From positions 124,001 through 188,000 of the forward strand of contig NW_027139272.1 in assembly GCF_035084215.1 (NCBI RefSeq): a stretch of DNA of 64,000 nucleotides. Reading direction: 5' to 3'. This stretch comes from Heptranchias perlo. Its lineage: Eukaryota. Shown here piece by piece: positions 47,544-57,103 of this stretch (within the stretch, counting starts at the first letter, position 1; each line of letters opens with the position of its first letter). The position numbers and the translations under genes are program-made. A model generated the notes under the pieces. The model made no database searches, was not told the DNA's origin, and saw nothing but the letters and a program-made list of their open reading frames with translations.

Positions 47544-48668
47544 ATGGATCCGCAAACCGCTGTTTCCCCGCCCTCCGACCTGCCAGGGGGCGAGCGCGCC
47601 CCCCGGGGGGACAAGAGGGTGCAGTGTCCCGACTGCGGGAAGATGTTCAGCCGCCCCTCCAACCTCAAGATCCACCGCTACATCCACCTGGGGCAGAAGC
47701 AGTTCCAGTGCCCGACCTGCGGCAAGGCCTTTGCCCAGCCCTCCGGCCTGCGCCAGCACCAGCGGGTACACTCCGGTGACAAGCCCTTCACCTGCCCCGT
47801 GTGCCACAAGACCTTCGCCTGGCTCTACGCCATGCGCCAGCACCAGCGTCTCCACACTGGCGAGAAGCCCTTCGCCTGCCCGGTGTGCCACAAGGCCTTT
47901 GCCCGCTCCTCCGACCAGCTGGTCCACCAGCGCATCCACATGAGGGAGAAGCCCTACCGCTGCTTGGCCTGCCCCATGAGCTTCGTCCGCTCCTCCTCGC
48001 TACTGATGCACCAGCGGGTCCACACCGGCATGAAGATCTACAAGTGCCCCATTTGCGCCAAGATGTACAGCCACCTGTCACCCTTCTCCACGCACAGGTG
48101 CTGCCACTCCGGGGAAAGCTCCGACAGATCTCCGGCCCAGGCGAAGACCCCTGGTCCCAACGGGGACCCTTCACCTTCCTCCTCTTCCTCCCCCCGCCCA
48201 CCGAAGCAGCACCTGTGCTCGGTGTGCGGGAAGAGCTTCTCCCGGCCGTACAGCCTCACCGTCCACCGGCGCGTCCACACCGGCGAGCGGCCCTACAAGT
48301 GCACGCTGTGCGACCAGGCCTTCGCCCGCGCCTACAGCTTCCTGAACCACCAGCGCCTGCACAGCGGGGACAAGGCCTACAAGTGCTCGATGTGCGGGAA
48401 GGCCTTCCTCCGCTCGACGGCCCTCCTGGTCCACGAGCGCATCCACTCAGAGTGGCCTCGGCGGGCCTTCAGCCGGCGGTCGCAGCTGTTCCGGCGCCGT
48501 GCGGCGAGGTCCGGTTCGACCCCTCCCCCACCCGCCTCCGGTCACTCGGTTACCCCTCCGACCTCTCGCGGGATCGGCGCGCCCTCTGAGGGGAGGAGCT
48601 CTCCAAATGCTGGGCGTGTGAGAAGGACTTCACCTCGTCTCCTGAAACGTCACCAGACGCAGGAGTAG
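47544..48668 (+). CDS. C2H2 zinc-finger protein (9 fingers in a 6+3 arrangement, S/P-rich spacer); start may lie in an upstream exon
   Basis: AGAATGG Kozak ATG at 47544, with an in-frame stop upstream at 47400. Nine CxxC-x12-HxxxH motifs with TGEKP-like linkers. GC3-rich coding-style codon use. Confidence 0.9.
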   Translation: MDPQTAVSPPSDLPGGERAPRGDKRVQCPDCGKMFSRPSNLKIHRYIHLGQKQFQCPTCGKAFAQPSGLRQHQRVHSGDKPFTCPVCHKTFAWLYAMRQHQRLHTGEKPFACPVCHKAFARSSDQLVHQRIHMREKPYRCLACPMSFVRSSSLLMHQRVHTGMKIYKCPICAKMYSHLSPFSTHRCCHSGESSDRSPAQAKTPGPNGDPSPSSSSSPRPPKQHLCSVCGKSFSRPYSLTVHRRVHTGERPYKCTLCDQAFARAYSFLNHQRLHSGDKAYKCSMCGKAFLRSTALLVHERIHSEWPRRAFSRRSQLFRRRAARSGSTPPPPASGHSVTPPTSRGIGAPSEGRSSPNAGRVRRTSPRLLKRHQTQE

Positions 48669-48696
48669 AAATCCAACTTGGGCGGCAGCGCATCAG

Positions 48697-49110
48697 CCAC
48701 CCGTTATACGCCCGGCCCGATATTGGGTTCCATTGGCTATACCGCCCGTTATACACCCGGCCCGATATTGGGTTCCGTTGGCTATGCCACCCGTTATACA
48801 CCCGGCCCGATATTGGGTTCCATTGGCTATACTGCCCGTTATACGCCCGGCCCGATATTGGGTTCCGTTGGCTATACCGCCCGTTATACGCCCGGCCCGA
48901 TATTGGGTTCCATTGGCTATGCCGCCTGTTATACGCCCGGCCCGATATTGGGTTCCATTGGCTATACTGCCCGTCATACACCTGGCCCGATATTGGGTTC
49001 CGTTGGCTATACCGCCCATTATACGCCCGGCCCGATATTGGGTGCCATTGGCTATACTGCCCGTCATACACCTGGCCCGATATTGGGTTCCGTTGGCCAT
49101 ACCCCCCGTT
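48697..49110. repeat. 45-bp CpG-rich tandem repeat TATACGCCCGGCCCGATATTGGGTTCCATTGGCTATACCGCCCGT, about 9 copies
   Basis: 45-bp period, starting about 30 bp after the ZNF stop codon. Confidence 0.9.
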
Positions 49111-49414
49111 TCACGCTTCCGCTCGAGATGGATTTCTGCCCCACATTATATAAACCATAGTTTCTCAGCTTCAACTCTCCCAACTCGTTGACTGCTGCCA
49201 AGAGGTACAACCTTCACAGGAGACATTGCAGCCAGGAAGCTTCTGACACAAGCAACAAGAGAACATGTTCGAAAGAAGGACAGAAAAAGAACTTGCATTT
49301 ATTTAAAGCACCTTTCATGACCTCAGGATGTTCCAAAGCGCCTCACAGAAAATGAAATACTTTTTAACGTGTCGTCACTGCTGTCGGCAAATGCAGCAGC
49401 CAATTTGTGCACAG

Positions 49415-49830
49415 GTGCGGGGTTCAGGGTGAGGGGAAGGTGAGGGGTGAGGGGTTCAGGGTGAGGGGAAGGTGAGGGGTGAAGGGAAGGTGAGGGGTGA
49501 GGGGAAGGTGAGGGGTGAAGGGAAGGTGAGGGGTGAAGGGAAGGTGAGGGGTGAAGGGAAGGTGAGGGGTGAGGGGAAGGTGAGGGGTGAGGGGAAGGTG
49601 AGGGGTGAAGGGAAGGTGAGGGGTTCAGGGTGAGGGGTTCAGAGTGAGGGGCTCGGGGTGAGGGGTTCAGGGTGAGGGGCTCAGGGTGTGGGGCTCAGGG
49701 TGAGGGGCTCAGGGTGAGGGGAGGGTGAGGGGCTCGGGGTGAGGGGTTCAGGGTGAGGGGCTCAGGGTGTGGGGTTCAGGGTGAGGGGTTCTGGGTGAGG
49801 GGAGGGTGAGGGGCTCGGGGTGAGGGGAAT
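49415..49830. repeat. G-rich degenerate repeat (GGTGAGG, GGGTTCA, GGGCTCA units)
   Basis: Direct observation. Confidence 0.85.
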
Positions 49831-50213
49831 GGGGTAAGAATCCCGGAGAGTGGAAGGTCTCATTCAGACTGTGTTTGGCCTCGAGCTCACTAACTGTGAC
49901 CTTGCTTCAAGCTGTTTAATTATGGGATGCTCAATACTGCCTACAAACAGTTTCAAAGTCCGGTGGATTAGAGCAGGTTACTTGAATTAACCATTGCTTA
50001 CCAGCATAATAAATATGTATCAAATATCTGTAAAATGAGTGTTTTGGATGATTTAACCCCTCGCACACCTCCCCCTCTCAGGCTAATGTGCAATATTGTT
50101 GTCCAGAGCTCTGGTTAGTCCCCATCTGGAGTACTATCTTGTGTTGTGGACACTGCAGCTCAGGAAGGATATATTGGCCTTGGAGGGGGTGCAGTGCAGA
50201 TTCCCCAGAATGA

Positions 50214-50700
50214 TACAGTGGAACCTGCTTAGTTGCAATCGTTTGGGACAACCTCGCAAATTGCGATGAAACGGAAATTTTTATCAAGCGGGAAGCAACA
50301 AAAATGAAGGCTGGTCTGGTGCACAACAATTTTTATTTGTCTGGATTTCTTCCAACATCTTGCTGAAGGCTGAAGGCAGGAGAGCATCTTAAAAAGTGAT
50401 GGAAAATGCTCCCGTCTCGGGAGTTTTTTTAATGTTGCGAAGTCAGTTCTAGTTTGGCGGGGATTGGAAATCATCAAACCTTCGCCCTCTCCCTCCCTGC
50501 ACGTAGAATTCAACAAACCTTTCGCGACCTATTGCCTCGATGTATCGAGGCAGAACGCACAGTTGCTCTCTAACTTTGGGAATTACCAGCTCAGGCCCAT
50601 CTTCGTTCACACCCTCTCCGGCCTCTGTTTCCAAGTCATTCAGAAAAGAAACCATTTCTGCGTCTCTCCGTACTTTCCCCGCCGAGTTCTGTGGCCAGCT
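50214..50700 (-). mobile_element. Tigger/pogo-like DNA transposon 3' remnant inserted at TA in a CR1 fragment (50075-50215)
   Basis: TA|CAGTGGAACCTGCTTA resembles a Tigger TIR; the minus strand has an acidic, decayed transposase-like tail (ETEAGEGVNEDGPELVIP..RQTRTDF). Confidence 0.5.
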
Positions 50701-50755
50701 CGAAAGCAAAATACTGCGGTTGGGGGAAATCAGACATAAAAACAGATAATGCTCG

Positions 50756-51191
50756 AGCGACTGGAGAAACTGGGGTTGTTCTCCTTTGAGCAAAGGTGGT
50801 TATGGAGAGATTTGATCGAGGTGTTCAAAATCATGAATTGTTTTGACAGAGTAAATAAGCAGAAACTGTTTGCAGTGGTAGAGGGGTCAGTAACCAGAGG
50901 ACACAGTTTTAAGGTTAATGGCAAAAGAATCAGAGGGGAGATGAGGAAACATTTTTTTACGCAGCGAATTGTTCTGATCTGGAATGCACTGCCTGAAAGG
51001 GCGGTGGAAGCAGATTCAATAGTAACTTTCAAATGGGAATTGGATAAATACTTGAAGGGGAAAGATTTACAGGGCTATAGGGAAAACACAGGGGAGTGGG
51101 ACTAATTGGATCGCTCTTTCAAAGAGCTAGCACAGGCACGATGGGCTGAATGACTTCCTTCTGTGCTGAACTATACTATGATACGACTATG
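50756..51191 (+). mobile_element. CR1 LINE 3' fragment
   Basis: RLEKLGLFSFE..FFTQRIVLIWNAL..LQGYRENTGEWD*, then 3'UTR and ACTATG tail. Confidence 0.9.
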
Positions 51192-51234
51192 AAATACTCA
51201 GCAGGTCAGGCAGCATCTGTGGAGAAAGAAACAG

Positions 51235-51271
51235 AGTTAACGTTTCAGGTCGATGACCTTTCATCAGAACT
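51235..51271 (-). ncRNA. Minimal type I hammerhead ribozyme motif
   Basis: Minus strand reads AGTT-CTGATGA-A-AGGTC-ATC-GACCT-GAAA-CG-TT-AACT: catalytic core, stem II hairpin, palindromic ACGT helix III and a 4-bp stem I. Confidence 0.65.
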
Positions 51272-51666
51272 GAGTTGTGCAACTGGTTCTGTGACTCAGA
51301 CTGTGGACAGAGACTGTCGAGAGGAGAGGTGAACAGCTTTTAAACAAGTGCAATCAGGCAAAAGGGAAAGAACAAAAGGGAAGGTCTGTGGTAGGGCGGG
51401 GAGCAGGAGTGGTTAAATGGCAAAAGGAGGTGATAATTGGACAAATGTGGGCAGAGGAGGTGGAAATGGTGACAGCAGAATAACAGAGGGGGAAGGGAGC
51501 AGTGAAAATCGGTCAAAGTGGAGAGGGTTGACATGGCCCCGGGAATGTGGCGGACAAAAGACAGGGAGACCCCAGGGGTGCGGACCACCCCACCGGCCAT
51601 GTACTGACAGGGGATCCCCACCCCAAGTACCAGCTACAGGGCCCTGGGGATAGAGCAGGGCCAAGG

Positions 51667-52930
51667 GATTGGTTTAGGATTGATACAGGGCTATGGGGAG
51701 AGAGTGGGACAGTGAGATTAGTTTTGGATTGATACAGGGTTATGGGGGGAGAGTGGGGCAGTGGGATTAGTTTGGGATTGATACAGGGCTATGGGGGGAG
51801 AGTGGGGCAGTGGGATTAGTTTGGGATTGATACAGGGCTATGGAGGGAGAGTGGGGCAGTGGGATTAGTTTGGGATTGATACAGGACTATGGAGGGAGAG
51901 TGGGGCAGTGGGATTAGTTTGGGATTGATACAGGGCTATGGAGGGAGAGTGGGGCAGTGGGATTAGTTTGGGATTGATACAGGGCTATGGGGAGAGAGTG
52001 GGACAGTGGGATTAGTTTCGGATTGATACAGGGCTATGGGGGGAGAGTGGGACAGTGAGATTAGTTTTGGATTGATACAGGGTTATGGGGGGAGAGTGGG
52101 GCAGTGGGATTAGTTTGGGATTGATACAGGGCTATGGGGGGAGAGTGGGGCAGTGGGATTAGTTTGGGATTGATACAGGGCTATGGAGGGAGAGTGGGGC
52201 AGTGGGATTAGTTTGGGATTGATACAGGACTATGGAGGGAGAGTGGGGCAGTGGGATTAGTTTCGGATTGATACAGGGCTATGGGGGGAGAGTGGGGCAG
52301 TGGGATTAGTTTGGGATTGATACAGGGCTATGGAGGGAGAGTGGGACAGTGGGATTAGTTTCGGATTGATACAGGGCTATGGGGGGAGAGTGGGGCAGTG
52401 GGATTAGTTTGGGATTGATACAGGGCTATGGAGGGAGAGTGGGGCAGTGGGATTAGTTTGGGATTGATACAGGGCTATGGGGAGAGAGTGGGACAGTGGG
52501 ATTAGTTTCGGATTGATACAGGGCTATGGGGGGAGAGTGGGACAGTGGGATTAGTTTGGGATTGATACAGGGCTATGGAGGGAGAGTGGGACAGTGGGAT
52601 TAGTTTCGGATTGATACAGGGCTATGGGGGGAGAGTGGGGCAGTGGGATTAGTTTTGGATTGATACAGGGCTATGGGGAGAGAGTGGGGCAGTGGGATTA
52701 GTTTTGGATTGATACAGGGCTATGGGGAGAGAGTGGGGCAGTGGGATTAGTTTCGGATTGATACAGGGCTATGGGGAGAGAGTGGGGCAGTGAGATTAGT
52801 TTTGGATTGATACAGGACTATGGGGAGAGCGCAGGGCATTGTAGTTATTTTGGGATTGAAACAGGGTATGGAGAGGGCGGGACAGTGGGATCAGTTTGTG
52901 ATTGACAGAGGGCTGTGGGGAGAGAGTCAG
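51667..52930. repeat. 49-bp minisatellite GATTGATACAGGGCTATGGGGAGAGAGTGGGGCAGTGGGATTAGTTTGG, about 25 copies
   Basis: 49-bp period; the unit resembles the CR1 ORF2 terminus. Confidence 0.93.
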
Positions 52931-53599
52931 GGAGAGTGCGGGAAGGATTAGTTTGCTCTGTTTCCATCTCAACTTTTGTGTTTCGATATCCCAGGTTGCC
53001 GATTTACCTGTCAGCTTGTCTCAGTGTTTCTAATTATGATTGACTCAGGAAGCAGATATATTTGAATTAATTCCTTTTCTGAATTGATGTATTGTTTCTA
53101 CATTTGATCATACCGTGTTATTCTTACATGACCCAAGAACCCTCTGCACCTTTTCTCCCACCTGGAATGCCAATTGTTAAATTTGTTGACTATTTTTTCC
53201 CACATTAATTGACCAAACCTGCCTTGACAGACTCTCTGCACAGTCTGAATCACACAACCAGTTGGACAACTTGTCTCAGCTTCTATTTTTATTCTCAATG
53301 TGACTCAGGAAGCGAGGAGGACAAAGACTCGAACTTCTTTTATTTCTGAATGTAAACATAATGACTCAACTTAACACATTATATCCAGCCGCCTTCTCAC
53401 TTTCCTCCGAGAGAACCTGGGTCACATCATCTGAAAGGTCTGTTGCCTCTTCTACCCTGACCGTCCTGGTCTGCTGCTCCTCTTGTCCGAGACAGAAATG
53501 TCAACTCTCTTCCAACTATTATAACCCACTTGTTTACGACTAATTTTCTTCCTGACCTTGGTTTTAACCATCCTCAATGTCTTTTTATCTTGTTCTCTT

Positions 53600-56500
53600 T
53601 TCTCAGGTACTGTCCCCCTCCCCTTCAAATCTGCCGTCATCACCCCCTCCTCAAAAAACCCACCCTTGACCCCTCTGTCCTTGCAAACTACCGCCCCATC
53701 TCCAACCTCCCTTTCCTCTCCAAAGTCCTTGAACGTGTTGTCGTCTCCCAAATCCGTGCCCATCTTTCCCGCAACTCCATGTTTGAATCCCTCCAATCAG
53801 GTTTCCACTCCTGTCACAGCACTGAAACGGCCCTAATCAAAGTCACAAATGACATCCTCTGTGACTGTGACCGTGGTAAACTATCCCTCCTCATCCTTCT
53901 CCACCTGTCTGCAGCCTCTGACACGGTTGACCACACCGTCCTCCTCCAATGCCTCTCCTCCGTCATCCAGCTGGGTGGGACTGCCCTCGCCTGGTTCCAT
54001 TCTTGTCTATCCAGTCGTAGCCAGAGAATCACCTGCAGTGGGTTCACTTCCTGCTCCTGCATCGTTATCTCTGGAGTTCCCCAAGGATCTATCCTTGGTC
54101 CCCTCCTATCTACACGCTGCCCCTCGACAACATCATCCAATAAACGTGAGGTTCCACAAGTACACTGACGACACTCAGCTCTACCTCACCACCACCTCTC
54201 TCGACCCCTCCACTGTTTCCGATTTGGCACACTGCTTGTCCAACATCCAGTATTGGATGAGCAGAAATTTCCTTCAATTAAACATTGGGAAGACTGAAGC
54301 CATTGTCTTCGGTCCCCACCACAAACTCCGTTCCCGAGACCCCCGACTCCATCCCTCTCACTGGCCACTGTCTGAGGCTGAACCAGACCGTTCACAACCT
54401 TGGCGTCCTATTTGACCCTGAGAGGAGCTTCTGACCCCATATCTACTTCATCATCAAGGCCACCTAATTCCACCTTCGTAACACCGCCCGTCCCCGCCCC
54501 TACCTCAGCCCATCTGCTGCTGAAACCCTCATCTATGTTTATTACCTCGAGACTTGACCATTCCAATGCTCTCTTGGCCAGCCTCCCATCTTCCACCCTC
54601 TACAAACTTGAGCTCATCCAAAACTCTGCTGCCCGTATCCTAACTCACACCAAATCCCGTTCACCCAACTCCCCTGTGCTCACTGATCTACATTGGTTCC
54701 CGGTCTGGCAAAGTCTCGATTTTAAAATTCTCATCTTTGTTTTCAAATCCTTCCATGGCCTCGCCCCTCCCTCTCTCTGTAACCTCCTCCAGCCCTACAG
54801 CCATCCAAGAACTCTGCGCTCTCCCAATTCTTGCCTCTTGTGCATCCCCGATTTTAATCGCTCCACCATTGGCAGCCATGCCTTCAGCGACCTCGGCCCT
54901 AAGCTCTGGAATTCCTTCCACGACCTCTCCGCCTCTCTACCTCTCTCTCCTCCTTTAAGATGCTCCTTAAAACCTACCTCTTTGACCAAGCTTTTGGTCA
55001 CCTGTCCTAATATCTCATGTGGCTCGGTGTCAAATTTTGTTTGATAATCGCTGCTGTGAAACGCCATGGGACGTTTTAAGAATAATAGGAGCAGGAGTAG
55101 GCCATACGGCCCCTCGAGCCTGCTCCACCATTCAATAAGATCATGGCTGATCTTCAACCTCAAATCCACTTTCCCGCTCGATCCCCATATCCCTTGATTC
55201 CCCTAGAGTTCAAAAATCTATCGATCTCAGCCTTGAATATACTCAATGACTCAGCATCCACAGCCCTCTGGGGTAGAGAATTCCAAAGATTCACAACCCT
55301 CTGAGTGAAGAAATTCCTCCTCATCTCAGTCTTAAATGGCCGACCTCTTATCCTGAGACTGTGCCCCCGAGTTCTAGACTCTCCAGCCAGGGGAAACAAC
55401 CTCTCAGCATCTACTCTGTCGAGCCCCCTCAGAATCTTTTATGTTTCAATGAGATCACCTCTCACTCTTCTAAACTCCAGAGAGTATATGCCCATTCTAC
55501 TCAATCTCTCCTCATAGGACAACCCTCTCATCCCAGGAATCAATCTAATGAACTTTCACTGCACTGCCTCCAAGACAAGTACATCCTTCCTAAGATAAAG
55601 AGACAAAAACTGTACACAATACTCAGATGAGGTCTCACCAAAGCCCTGTACAACTGTAGCAAGACTTCCTTATTCTTGTACTCCAATCCCCTTGCAATAA
55701 AGGCCAACATGCCATTTGCCTTCCTAATTGCTTGCTGTACCTGCATGTTAACTTTATGTGTCACTTGTACGAGGACACCCAAATCTCTCTGAACACCAAC
55801 ATTTAATAGTTTCTCACCATTTAAAAAATATTCTGTTTTTCTATTCTTCCTACCAAAGTGAATAACCTCATATTTCCCCACATTATACTCCATCTTCTTG
55901 CCCACTCACTTAACTCTCCATATCCCTTTGCACACTCTTTGTGTCCTCCTCACTGCTTACTTTCCCACCTAGCTTTTTGTCATCAGCAAACTTCAATATG
56001 CTACACTCGGTCCCTTCATCTAAGTCATTAATATAGATTGTAAATAGCTGAGGCCCAAGCACTGATCCTTGCAGCACCCCACTAGTTACAGCCTGCCAAC
56101 CTGAGAATGACCCGTTTATCCCTACTCTCTGTTTTCTGTCCATTAACCAATCCTCTATCCATGCTAATATTTTACCCCCAACCCATGAGCCCATATCTTG
56201 TGTAACAACCTTTTATGTGGCACCTTATCAAATGCCTTTTGAAAATCCAAATATACTACATCTACTGGTTCCCCTTTGTCTACCCTGCTAGTTACATCCT
56301 CAAAAATCTCCAATACATTTGTCAAACACTATTTCCCTTTCATAAAATCATGTTGACTCTGCCTAATCATATTATGATTTTCTAAGTGCCCTGTTACCGC
56401 TTCCTTAATAATGGATTCCAGCATTTTTCCGACGACTGATGTCAGGCTAACTGGTCTGTGGTTCCCTGTTTTCTCTCTCCCTCCTTTCTTGAATAGCGGG

Positions 56501-57072
56501 GTAACATCTGCTACATTCCAGTCCACTGGGACCATTCTAGAATCTAGGGAATTTTGGAAGATCATAACCAATGCAACCACTATCTCCACAGCCACCTCTT
56601 TAGAACACTTGGATGTAGGCCATCAGGTCCAGGGGATTTATTGGCTTTTAGTCCCATTAGCTTCTCCAGTAGTTTTTCTCTACTGATATTAATTACTTTA
56701 AGTTCCTCACTCTCATTAGCCCCTTGATTCCCCACTATTTCTGACACGCTTCCACTGTGAAGACAGATACAAAATATTTGTTTAACGTCTCTGCCATTTC
56801 CTTATTCCCCGTTATAATTTCTCCTGTCTCAGCCTCGAAGGGACCAACGTTTACTTTTGCTGCTCTCTTCCTTTTTACAAACTTGTAGAAGATCCTACAA
56901 TCTGTTTTTATATTTCTTGATAGTTTACTTTCATATTCTATTTTCTCCCTTCTTATCAATTTTTTGGTCATCCTTTGCTGGTTTCTAAAACTCTCCCAAT
57001 CCTCAGGCTTAGTACTCTTCTTGGCAACATTTTACTACATTAAAGGCACTATATAAATGCAAGTTGTTGTTG
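53600..57072 (+). mobile_element. L2-type LINE (RT to 3' tail), interrupted near its tail by a CR1
   Basis: NYRPISNLPFLSKVLE, QSGF..HSTETAL, GVPQGSILGPLL, YTDDTQLY and LHWFPV motifs; the tail resumes at 57031 and ends in (GTT)n. Confidence 0.9.
55079..57029 (-). mobile_element. CR1 LINE (linker-RT-3' end) nested in the L2 tail
   Basis: NHRPVSLTS, QGSVLGP, KFADD and LVRPHL motifs on the minus strand; TTTTA duplicated at 55074-55078 and 57030-57034. Confidence 0.9.
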
Positions 57073-57103
57073 TTTTAACCATCCTCAATGCCTTTTTATC
57101 TTG

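Larger units (their letters stand above)
50702..51530 (-). mobile_element. Penelope-like element remnant interrupted by a CR1 3' fragment
   Basis: AAAGCAAAATACTGCGG..AAAAACAGATAATGCT | AAATACTCAGCAGGTCAGGCAGCATCTGTGGAG rejoin after removing the CR1; carries a hammerhead motif typical of PLEs. Confidence 0.6.

Noticed and set aside
49415-49830. Possible degenerate telomere (TGAGGG/TCAGGG variant repeats)
   Set aside because: No TTAGGG units and the periodicity is mostly 7 bp; better described as a G-rich simple repeat
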